From NCBI GenBank assembly GCA_002010305.1, contig MTND01000018.1, positions 69,795-133,794 on the forward strand: DNA of 64,000 nucleotides. Reading direction: 5' to 3'. Shown piece by piece: positions 41,546-49,489 of this stretch. Each line of letters opens with the position of its first letter. The stretch's first letter is position 1. Source of the DNA: Archaeoglobi archaeon JdFR-42 (lineage in GTDB: Archaea; Halobacteriota; Archaeoglobi; Archaeoglobales; JdFR-42). The notes under the pieces were generated by a model. The model did no database searches and was not told the DNA's origin. It was given only the letters and a program-made list of their open reading frames with translations. A program made the translations under genes and the position numbers.

Positions 41546-42988
41546 TTATCCCTTAGCAACACCCAAAGGAAGTAATCTCGCCACCTTGCTGGAGATTCCA
41601 GCCCTATCCACCACATCCACTACATCATCGCTCAGTTTATAAGCACCTGGTGCCTCTTCAGCCAGCAGCGCATCATGAGTTGCCCTCACGTAGATCCCCC
41701 TCTCAGCAAGAGATCTTTTAACTTCCCTGCCTCGTATCTTCCTTTTCGCTGCCGCTCTGCTCATCACTCTTCCAGATCCATGACAGGTAGAGCCAAAACT
41801 CTGTTCCATAGCCTTTTCAGTTCCCCTTAAAATATATGATGGGGTTCCCATACTACCGGGAATGATAACAGGCTGTCCCGTATCCCTGTAATCTGAAGGA
41901 ACTTCAGTCATTCCAGGTCCAAAGGCTCTTGTTGCACCTTTTCTATGTACACAAACCTTTACTTTTTTACCATCCACTACATACTCCTCAAATTTCGCAA
42001 TATTATGAGCTACATCGTACACAAGATCCATCCCCAGATCATCTTCTGATGCTCTGAATACCTTTTCAAAGGTTTCTCTAACCCAGTGAGATATTATCTG
42101 CCGGTTTGCCCACGCATAATTGGCAGCAGCTGCCATCCCCCCAAAATAATTCTGACCTTCCTCAGATTGAATGGGCGCACATGCCAGTTGTTTGTCAGGC
42201 AATTTGAACCCATACTTTCTCGAAGCCCTTTCCAGTATCATAAGGAAATCTGTACAAATTTGATGCCCTGCTCCCCTACTACCACAGTGAACCATCACCA
42301 CCACATTTCCTTCCTCTAAACCATAAACTCTGGCCGCCTGTTCGTCATAAATTTTATCTACATACTGAACCTCCAAGAAATGGTTACCACTACCAAGGGT
42401 TCCAAGTTGAGGTTTCCCTCTCCCTCTAGCTTTTCTACTCACCACTTCAGGTTTCGCTCCTGAGAGGGCTCCTCCTTCTTCACAATGTTCCAGATCATCA
42501 CTCTTTCCAAAACCAGTCTCAACAGCCCATTTAGCTCCTGATACAAAAATCTCATCAAGCTGGCTGTCAGTTACCCTCAATTTACTCTGGGATCCGACAC
42601 CAGAGGGTACATTGATGAAAAGCTGGTCTATGAGCTCTTTTATTTTATTTCGAACCTCATCAACTTTAAGATTTGTCTTCAAAACTCTCACACCACAATT
42701 GATATCAAAACCCACACCTCCGGGACTTATAATTCCCTCACTTACCTCAAAAGCACCAACTCCACCAATTGGAAAACCATATCCCACATGAACATCAGGC
42801 ATAACCAGCGAGGCCTTTTGAATTCCTAGCATCATGGCAACATTAGCTGCCTGCTCTACAGCCCCTTTTTCCAGGGCGTTCATCATCTTTCTAGAAACGA
42901 AAAACCAGGCTGGAACCCTCATTCCATACTTATGGTTTCTTGGCAACTCCCATAGATAATCATCTATTTTCTTGAAAATGTTCTCCAT
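41546..42988 (-). CDS. rtcB: tRNA-splicing ligase RtcB
   Basis: PDVHVGYGFPIGGV, GFDINCGVR, GSGNHFLE and HCGSRGAGHQ. ATG 42988 is preceded by AGGAGGGTGA. Confidence 0.95.
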   Translation of the reverse strand: MENIFKKIDDYLWELPRNHKYGMRVPAWFFVSRKMMNALEKGAVEQAANVAMMLGIQKASLVMPDVHVGYGFPIGGVGAFEVSEGIISPGGVGFDINCGVRVLKTNLKVDEVRNKIKELIDQLFINVPSGVGSQSKLRVTDSQLDEIFVSGAKWAVETGFGKSDDLEHCEEGGALSGAKPEVVSRKARGRGKPQLGTLGSGNHFLEVQYVDKIYDEQAARVYGLEEGNVVVMVHCGSRGAGHQICTDFLMILERASRKYGFKLPDKQLACAPIQSEEGQNYFGGMAAAANYAWANRQIISHWVRETFEKVFRASEDDLGMDLVYDVAHNIAKFEEYVVDGKKVKVCVHRKGATRAFGPGMTEVPSDYRDTGQPVIIPGSMGTPSYILRGTEKAMEQSFGSTCHGSGRVMSRAAAKRKIRGREVKRSLAERGIYVRATHDALLAEEAPGAYKLSDDVVDVVDRAGISSKVARLLPLGVAKG

Positions 42989-42998
42989 ACTCACCCTC

Positions 42999-43436
42999 CT
43001 AAATATCAATTAGCACATGTGCTCGGAACCTATCATCTACCTGCTCTACTTTAAAATCATGCAGGGTTATGGCCTTAGGAGCCACATCTACCACATCTGG
43101 TGTGATCCTCCCACCTACGACATTGGATTTCAGACGTAGTATGGTTTTACCATCTGATTGTTCGATTTTCTCTATATTAATTTTTTCTACCTCCAGAGGG
43201 ACAAAAAATTCTGCATCAAAATAATACACCAGTTCATTTAACCAAGCGTACAGCAAATCTTCGAGATTCTCTCCTGTTACTTGAATCTCTCTTTTAGTAT
43301 CTTTATTAATTTTATCTACAGATACAAAAGCATATGCAAAGGCTTCAGTTGCGTTTTTAAAAAGCTCTTCTGGAAATCTGCCAAATACTTCAAAGGCAAC
43401 GTCAGCTGTATGGTCTATAAACCTATACTTCTCCAT
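42999..43436 (-). CDS. Archease (RtcB activator)
   Basis: YRFIDHTADVAFEVFG N-terminus. 145 aa. Adjacent to rtcB. Confidence 0.85.
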   Translation of the reverse strand: MEKYRFIDHTADVAFEVFGRFPEELFKNATEAFAYAFVSVDKINKDTKREIQVTGENLEDLLYAWLNELVYYFDAEFFVPLEVEKINIEKIEQSDGKTILRLKSNVVGGRITPDVVDVAPKAITLHDFKVEQVDDRFRAHVLIDI

Positions 43437-43683
43437 CGTACACCATGTCTCTGGTGAACTTCCTTATATACTTTGCCTGAACAGCAGACACAAACAAGGT
43501 ATTTTCACCAATCTTAATCCTGAAATCCGTCTCTTTTGGTTTTTTATACTCCACTGGCAATATCACGGGTCCAGCACATGAAGTACACACCCTGTAATCT
43601 CTGCCTTTATTCTTTATATACTCCACTAGGTCAGGGTCGAGATCGAAAACAAGCTGTTGCATGAATGTGGGTATTACCCCCAC
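43423..43683 (-). CDS. Small hypothetical protein with a CTSCAGP motif
   Basis: 86 aa. Overlaps the archease start by 14 nt, which suggests co-translation. Family not recognised. Confidence 0.5.
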   Translation of the reverse strand: MGVIPTFMQQLVFDLDPDLVEYIKNKGRDYRVCTSCAGPVILPVEYKKPKETDFRIKIGENTLFVSAVQAKYIRKFTRDMVYDGEV

Positions 43684-43721
43684 TAAATAAATCTTGTGGT
43701 TAATTTTATAATATTAATTCA

Positions 43722-44240
43722 TTAAGTATTTGTAACAGGGAATATCCTGCAGGATACCATAGATCTCATCATAACATATAATCCGACAATCATTCCGACT
43801 ATCCCTATCACGAATATGATCCCAGAATATTGTTGAACGAGTAAGATGGAAAAAAACAATCCTCCGGTAAGTAATCCCAGAGAAGATAGAAGTATTAGTA
43901 AGCCAAATAAACATGGTGGGCATCCAACGAAACTGAAGATTCCCGCAAATATTGCGCCCATAAATCCTGCTGCTCCATTTTTTCTGGATTTTCGCAACCT
44001 GAAAGATGGTGCTACAAAAACCACATATAAAGCCAAAAGCAGAGAAAAAGGAAGGTAGATGAAGAAACGGGAAAGAGCTATGAGAACTGAAACTTCCGCA
44101 GAATACCCGAACACAAGACTATATAGATATGCATCAAAAAAAGTCAAAAACGAGTAAACGATAATGAAGGAGGTTAAAAACAGAGTTTTGCTGTTGTATA
44201 CTGTAATTTTTATCAGCTCGGTATATTGACCCATTCTCAT
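43722..44240 (-). CDS. Polytopic membrane protein with an intramembrane GCPPC motif
   Basis: 4-5 hydrophobic helices. FSFVGCPPCLFGLLILL places a CxxC pair inside a helix. Last gene of the copper/Fe-S operon. Confidence 0.55.
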   Translation of the reverse strand: MRMGQYTELIKITVYNSKTLFLTSFIIVYSFLTFFDAYLYSLVFGYSAEVSVLIALSRFFIYLPFSLLLALYVVFVAPSFRLRKSRKNGAAGFMGAIFAGIFSFVGCPPCLFGLLILLSSLGLLTGGLFFSILLVQQYSGIIFVIGIVGMIVGLYVMMRSMVSCRIFPVTNT

Positions 44241-44291
44241 CCATCCAAAATCAAATAAATAAAAAATAATAAAAATTTAAGGAAACACGTC

Positions 44292-44747
44292 TCACTCCAC
44301 TACTATTGTACCGATCATCCCTGAATTCTCATGGAACTTGCATACCAGTTTGTATTCGCCATCCTCATTAAATTTAACCAGCAATGAATCTCCTTTTGAC
44401 AGTGTTTCATCTACCATCTCCCCATGTTCACCCTCTATAATCGTCACTGTATGAGTTCCTTCTTCATCCTTAAACTCAACTACATCTCCTTTATCAACTC
44501 TTAGCTCTGATGGAGAGAACTCAAAGTTCTTCAGATTCACAGTCAGAGACGGTGTCCCTTCCTTTACAACCACCACTTCATCATGGCCTTCTTCCACGTT
44601 TACCTGCACTTCTTCAGTTTTTTTGGAGTTGTCCACACATCCAGAAACCAGCAGTGCTGCCACCAACACTACCAAGATTCCTAATTTGAACACCTTTTTC
44701 ATGTTCCTCATATATTTCACCTCCTGATTCACTTTTTGTATTTTCAC
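44292..44747 (-). CDS. Type 1 (blue) copper cupredoxin, lipoprotein-like
   Basis: Ligand pattern H(THTV)...C-x2-H-x4-M (CKFHENSGM), as in plastocyanin and halocyanin. Signal peptide ends in the lipobox-like LVSGC. The true start is probably MKKVFKLG, a few codons in. Confidence 0.75.
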   Translation of the reverse strand: MKIQKVNQEVKYMRNMKKVFKLGILVVLVAALLVSGCVDNSKKTEEVQVNVEEGHDEVVVVKEGTPSLTVNLKNFEFSPSELRVDKGDVVEFKDEEGTHTVTIIEGEHGEMVDETLSKGDSLLVKFNEDGEYKLVCKFHENSGMIGTIVVE

Positions 44748-44764
44748 ACCTCTTTTCTATCTCC

Positions 44765-45607
44765 TCAAACCCCAAAGGTGAGTCTAACAGCATCTCTTAC
44801 TCCTGGTGCAAGACCAATTGTGATCAAAGCGAATTTGATGAAGTTATTCAGCTCTCCTTCAGACCTGAGCTCCTTGTCAAGATAGTACAATATGGGTATG
44901 AAAATCATAAATTTGAGAAGAAACATAACAAGGCCAGATCCTGTGAGATTAATGGCTAATCTCGGCAAAACATGTTTCTCCCAGTAACCAAAGAAATCTA
45001 TGGCTATGAAAGTAGCAGTTGCATCTGTCATCTGAGCAAAAATCACCATTGAATTGATGGTCGTGGCTAAAGGCGAGTAGATGGCTCGAAACCCATAATA
45101 AAAAGTAAGCGTGAGGACTGATGCAATTCCAAAAACAGCCAGAAGAACTGCTCCATTTATAACATTAAGCCCGGATACCAGTATGAAGATTATAGCAAGA
45201 ACACACACTACACCGATACTTGCATACACCCTTTCATATCTATATCCGCGTCGATTCTTTAGAAAGACTGCGATGGATAAAGCTGTGATAGCCACAAAAA
45301 AGATGAGAAAATAGATGAGGGGTGTAATCAGTAAGTATTTGAAAGGAGGAGCAACTAGCTCTCCATCTTCCACTACCCTCAGAAGAGCTCCTGAGAGGAT
45401 GTAAGGGATGTTCGCCACCACAAAGGTTCTGTCTACTGTTACTTCCATCTTCCTCAGGAGTTTGAAAAGAAAGAGGACGAAGAGAACTAACAGCAATGCC
45501 CACGTAAGGGTATTCACTGGATTGTATCCAGTATCGTAGAGAATTGGATCAATGTAATATTTCTGAAAAAAAGAGGGGAGGGGGAGGAGAAACATAAAAA
45601 GATACAT
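44765..45607 (-). CDS. DUF63-like polytopic membrane protein
   Basis: 280 aa with ~7 hydrophobic helices. The N-terminus QKYYIDPILYDTGYNPVNTLTWAL resembles archaeal DUF63. Its start shares 1 nt with the upstream stop (TGATG). Confidence 0.55.
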   Translation of the reverse strand: MYLFMFLLPLPSFFQKYYIDPILYDTGYNPVNTLTWALLLVLFVLFLFKLLRKMEVTVDRTFVVANIPYILSGALLRVVEDGELVAPPFKYLLITPLIYFLIFFVAITALSIAVFLKNRRGYRYERVYASIGVVCVLAIIFILVSGLNVINGAVLLAVFGIASVLTLTFYYGFRAIYSPLATTINSMVIFAQMTDATATFIAIDFFGYWEKHVLPRLAINLTGSGLVMFLLKFMIFIPILYYLDKELRSEGELNNFIKFALITIGLAPGVRDAVRLTFGV

Positions 45608-46257
45608 CAGGTCACCTCAAGGAAAGCTGCGTCTCCTATCACGAGGAGGCTTTCATCTTTTCCAAGGAGGGGTAAAACACTGTATCTTCCTAGAGGGGTG
45701 TTTTCATCAATCAAAAAGGTGAAGCTTACCATGCCTTCTTCATCTGTGGTTCCTACTTTCTCTGTATAGATTCCACCTTGTGGGGAATAAACGACTATTT
45801 TTGCATACAAACCACCGAAATCTACTTCCTCTTCGTGATCTTCAGCATCCGAATGATCTTCACTATCCTTATGATCCTCCTCATCTAAATGCTCATCCAC
45901 ATTCTGACCTGTGATATGTCCTCTTTCATCTGCTTGGTCTTTATGATCTGCATCTTCATCTACACTCTTTACTTCATCATGCCCTTCATTTGAACTCTCT
46001 TCTTCATCAGCTCTATGATCGTGACCACCATCTCCATGACCTGCGAGAACTTTCAAAGTCACCGTAATTTCTGCTGGTTTTTTAACCACTTTATCCTCCA
46101 GTTCTACCACCGGTGTCACATGAGGTGGCTCTTCCTCAGCCTGCTCTCCTACGACAGATGCATAACCGAAAACCACCACCGCTCCTATGAGTATTAATGA
46201 GAAGAATATTACAGGAGGAAAAGATAGAAAGTCCCTAATTTTACCCATCTCACTCAC
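45607..46257 (-). CDS. Membrane-anchored His/Asp/Glu-rich protein with a beta-sandwich-like C-terminus (putative metal-binding)
   Basis: N-terminal TM helix. A 74-residue stretch (GHGDGGHDH...EDHEEEVD) holds 10 His by my count and is dominated by D/E. The C-terminus YAKIVVYSPQGGIYTEKVGTTDEEGMVSFTF is Ig/CarboxypepD_reg-like. Confidence 0.55.
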   Translation of the reverse strand: MSEMGKIRDFLSFPPVIFFSLILIGAVVVFGYASVVGEQAEEEPPHVTPVVELEDKVVKKPAEITVTLKVLAGHGDGGHDHRADEEESSNEGHDEVKSVDEDADHKDQADERGHITGQNVDEHLDEEDHKDSEDHSDAEDHEEEVDFGGLYAKIVVYSPQGGIYTEKVGTTDEEGMVSFTFLIDENTPLGRYSVLPLLGKDESLLVIGDAAFLEVT

Positions 46258-46660
46258 CTTCCACTATAATTATGCCCCTCATATAATGGTGTATGGGGCT
46301 GCATACCACGGTACATTCAAACATATACACTCCTTCTTCCTTAGGAGTGAACTCGACCACCTTTTTTTCCCCTGGTTCTATCGGCCCAAGATCTATCCCA
46401 AGAGCTTCGCTTTTAAATCCATGAACCACATCCATCCCCTCTACCACCAGTTTCACTGTTTCTCCTTTCTTCACCCGTATCACTCCTGGATCAAAACCAC
46501 CCGATTCCTGTATGTAAGCCCTTATCAGGATTGTATTGGGCTCTCTTTTTTCTGGCATGACATAGTTATCCAGCAACGGAAGGGATACTGTTCCAATTAC
46601 TGCAATAGTAAGCACCAATGCTACAATTTCCCAGAAGATTCCTCTATTCATATATATCAC
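46250..46660 (-). CDS. Membrane-anchored cupredoxin with a CuA-type ligand motif
   Basis: TM anchor followed by VVHGF...x35...C-TVV-C-SPI-H-HY-M. This is H...C-x3-C-x3-H-x2-M, the spacing of the binuclear CuA site in CoxII/NosZ. Confidence 0.65.
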   Translation of the reverse strand: MIYMNRGIFWEIVALVLTIAVIGTVSLPLLDNYVMPEKREPNTILIRAYIQESGGFDPGVIRVKKGETVKLVVEGMDVVHGFKSEALGIDLGPIEPGEKKVVEFTPKEEGVYMFECTVVCSPIHHYMRGIIIVEGE

Positions 46661-48663
46661 CCCGCTACCACCCAGACAAATGCAATGGCTACCAAGATAT
46701 GTAGCAATGCCATGACCGATGTAGCCCTAAAGGCTTTGTCATGTCCTCCAAGCATCTTGCGAGCTATGTTATAAGTAGAATTAATGGCAAGAGCCATCCC
46801 TATTATGGACAGAGATGCTAGCACATATGGCAAAGACTGAGGAATAAACGGATCCCATTTGAACTTAAATCCAAGAAGATTCCAGCCCCATCCGAAAGGA
46901 TCTGAAAAGGCTGTTATCGGATATGCCCAGAATACCAAGAGGATTGCAACGGCGAATGCCGCCCATATGAATACTATGTAAGGGATCAGTGCATAGCTGA
47001 AAGCCAGAAATATATGTTTCGTTGGTTGATCCGTTTTTGCAACTTTTTTTGAGAACCACGAGAAGGTGTAAAATACGGCTGGATAAGCTACAAGTGCTAC
47101 TCCAGCCACCATAATAGCCCACTTAAACCAATTTACTACCCCTTCTACTCCAGGAGTGAGCAACCCAATGCTGGCAAGATTAGCTCCGAAATTAACGCCC
47201 ATATTCCCCCAGTCTCTGATCCAGGAATAAGGACCAAAGAATACCAGAATATAGAAAACTCCCAGAGTAAATCTTATAAAGCCCATCCACGCCTCATCAA
47301 ACTTATTTTTCGCCTTTGCAGCCATGTGTGCTAAATCTTTTCCAATCATCCGTATTTTAACAGTCATGTTATCAAGGGGACAGGATTTCAAACATTCATA
47401 GCACTGCCCACAGTAAGTATTCTCATCGTGGCCTCCTGGATAAAGCTTCCATGGACAACCATATCCTTCTGGACTACCCCGAATGCACTCTTTTGCCTTA
47501 TGTTTATCACAGATACTTTTATCTCTTGCTCGGACACTGTATATGGAAGCATTCGAATCATGTCCTATGTAAGCTCCCGCCGGACATACACTCCTGCAGA
47601 AATTCCGTGGAGGATGCGTTATATACAATATGGTGCCTACAGCAATCAGAACTACAAACAGTAATCCTGATACCACCGGCCGGGTAACCAGCCACGGAAT
47701 TATGAGAGACATGGTGAGAAACAGAAGAGCACCAAGCCACATATTATTCAGACGCTTGGGCCATTTAAGTTTGAGGGCAAACCATTTTCTCACATTATGT
47801 ACTCCACACAGCCTTCTTCTGGCAATCCATTCACCTATTGCAGGAAGGGGGCACACTGTGCACCATGTCCTTCCTGCCAGTAGGATCATAAACTCAACCA
47901 GAGCAAACCATAAAATCCACACCACAGCAATAGAGAAATTCTTGTTCCCAACTGGATTACCAACAAACCCTGCCACGATAACCACTGCAAAAATCAGCAG
48001 GCTAGGCCAGAGTACTGCAAAATGAAATCCTCTCCACTGGAGAATCCGTTTTAAAATCGGACCTATACCTCTCACTCTGAGAAGATCAATTTCTTTTTCA
48101 AGGGAAATCCCAAGCATTTTGTTCTCTGGTCCTCTCCTAACATAAACTAGTGTGAGCATGCCAACGAAGAGAGTTCCAACCAAGTAGGAATAGTATGTAA
48201 AATTGGGGTTTACCTTTATATCACCCACCATAAAAGGATGGAGTGGGCCACAGGTCACAGAACACCTGATTTTAAATTTACCAGGCTTATCGAAAGTTAT
48301 TGGTCCTATCTCAATGATTTTACCCGGTTCGATGACGATCTTCTGATCTACTGGAGATGGAGTATATCCATCAATAAAAAAGCCGTGAGTTACATCTTCA
48401 GAGATTATCCTGAAAATCACCCTATCTCCTTTGTTTACCTCTATTATTTCAGGATCGAATCCAAATTGATATGCTTTAATATATATTACTCTAATATCGT
48501 CAGGATGATTATGGGGGTCATTGAGCCATTCATCCTCAATCGAGCTTTCATCAGCATTTATGACCGGAAGGAAAAATACACTCAAACTCAACATCAATAA
48601 CACAAAGAGGCATATTTTTTTAATTCCACTCATTTGTTTTCTGATTATATTTACTCTGCTCAT
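46657..48663 (-). CDS. Fusion protein: signal peptide + CuA-motif cupredoxin domain + NapH/NosR/CcoG-like polyferredoxin membrane domain
   Basis: Cupredoxin THGF...C-SVT-C-GPL-H-PF-M. Membrane part has RTWCTVCP and RNFCRSVCP (CxxCP pairs typical of NapH/NosR/CcoG), CGQCYECLKSCP ferredoxin motif and CDKHKAKEC...GCPW. More than 10 hydrophobic helices. Start taken at ATG 48663, which forms an ATGA overlap with the upstream stop. Alternative start is MSGIKK at 48633. Confidence 0.7.
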   Translation of the reverse strand: MSRVNIIRKQMSGIKKICLFVLLMLSLSVFFLPVINADESSIEDEWLNDPHNHPDDIRVIYIKAYQFGFDPEIIEVNKGDRVIFRIISEDVTHGFFIDGYTPSPVDQKIVIEPGKIIEIGPITFDKPGKFKIRCSVTCGPLHPFMVGDIKVNPNFTYYSYLVGTLFVGMLTLVYVRRGPENKMLGISLEKEIDLLRVRGIGPILKRILQWRGFHFAVLWPSLLIFAVVIVAGFVGNPVGNKNFSIAVVWILWFALVEFMILLAGRTWCTVCPLPAIGEWIARRRLCGVHNVRKWFALKLKWPKRLNNMWLGALLFLTMSLIIPWLVTRPVVSGLLFVVLIAVGTILYITHPPRNFCRSVCPAGAYIGHDSNASIYSVRARDKSICDKHKAKECIRGSPEGYGCPWKLYPGGHDENTYCGQCYECLKSCPLDNMTVKIRMIGKDLAHMAAKAKNKFDEAWMGFIRFTLGVFYILVFFGPYSWIRDWGNMGVNFGANLASIGLLTPGVEGVVNWFKWAIMVAGVALVAYPAVFYTFSWFSKKVAKTDQPTKHIFLAFSYALIPYIVFIWAAFAVAILLVFWAYPITAFSDPFGWGWNLLGFKFKWDPFIPQSLPYVLASLSIIGMALAINSTYNIARKMLGGHDKAFRATSVMALLHILVAIAFVWVVAG

Positions 48664-49121
48664 TTTTCTTCCTCCATCCGCCTGAATTTGACGCTTTTGA
48701 ATTCCTCCCACAAATACTCTGAAAATTGATACCATATCTCCGCCAGAGTTCCATCACCATTTCTGACATCCTTTCCAGAGGACGATTTTTCGAGCTTTTC
48801 CCAGACAAAAGAGGCCAGTTCTTTTCCAACCTCATGCAATTCATTGGCTTCTGTTACATCTGAAGTAAACCGCCTTCCAGTTCCTTTAAGAACAGAATAG
48901 AGAAACACTGAGCCACTGTAAGCTGTTTCACTCCGTTTATCGAGATCTGATTCCCATGCGGAATACACATATTCAAACACATCGTGAACAGGTCTTGATA
49001 CCTTATCTTTCGAAAGAGTATTTCTTGCACCAAATACGAGCTTGTTCCAATATCTATCCCTAAGCACATCCCGAACTTTTTGAAAGAGTTCCTTCTTTTC
49101 AGCCTCATGTCCGTTTTTCAT
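48660..49121 (-). CDS. Hypothetical soluble protein (153 aa), first gene of the copper/Fe-S operon
   Basis: No TM helix or signal peptide. Its stop overlaps the next gene's start (ATGA). Family not recognised. Confidence 0.5.
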   Translation of the reverse strand: MKNGHEAEKKELFQKVRDVLRDRYWNKLVFGARNTLSKDKVSRPVHDVFEYVYSAWESDLDKRSETAYSGSVFLYSVLKGTGRRFTSDVTEANELHEVGKELASFVWEKLEKSSSGKDVRNGDGTLAEIWYQFSEYLWEEFKSVKFRRMEEEK

Positions 49122-49207
49122 TTTATGCCCCCATTTACCGCAAAACGGGTATTAACCAAGACTGTGCCATGAGTTAATTTTAAAAAAACTACTTAAACAG
49201 GGATACT

Positions 49208-49227
49208 CATTCTCATGAAATGAGAAT
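49208..49227. promoter_or_regulatory. Operator-like palindrome ATTCTCAT-GAA-ATGAGAAT (site 1)
   Basis: Read directly. Perfect 8-bp arms at 49209-49216 and 49220-49227. Lies 87-105 nt upstream of the 49121 start, just distal to the A/T-rich TATA-like stretch at ~49164-49185. Confidence 0.55.
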
Positions 49228-49430
49228 AAACACGTTTATTAGTTAAAGATTAGAAGAAATAAGAGAACTAGATTTACAAGAAGGAGATTACCGTCCTTAT
49301 CCTCTAGAGTAAAACTGATTTATCAAATCCTCCGGGAAAATACTAAACTTTCCTTCTTTTCAGGAATGTTTTGAAGGAAGAGGATTTTCCTTATCTAGCC
49401 TTTTACTTAAAGTAGCAGATACAATAACAA

Positions 49431-49449
49431 CTCTCATTTCATGAGAATG
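49431..49449. promoter_or_regulatory. Operator-like palindrome TCTCAT-TTC-ATGAGA (site 2, inverted copy of site 1)
   Basis: Forward 49432-49449 is the exact reverse complement of 49208-49225 (CATTCTCATGAAATGAGA, 18/18). Lies ~40-58 nt upstream of the regulator gene start. Confidence 0.55.
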
Positions 49450-49489
49450 TCTGATAACACTTTAATACAATGATGTCTCTAACCAGAGA

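Noticed and set aside
43722-49121. Interpretation of the copper operon as a nitrous-oxide reductase (nos) or haem-copper oxidase (cox) cluster.
   Set aside because: There is no NosZ-like beta-propeller, no Cox1-like 12-TM haem-copper subunit, and no NosD/F/Y/L-like genes in or next to the operon. Only the CuA-type motif is shared.
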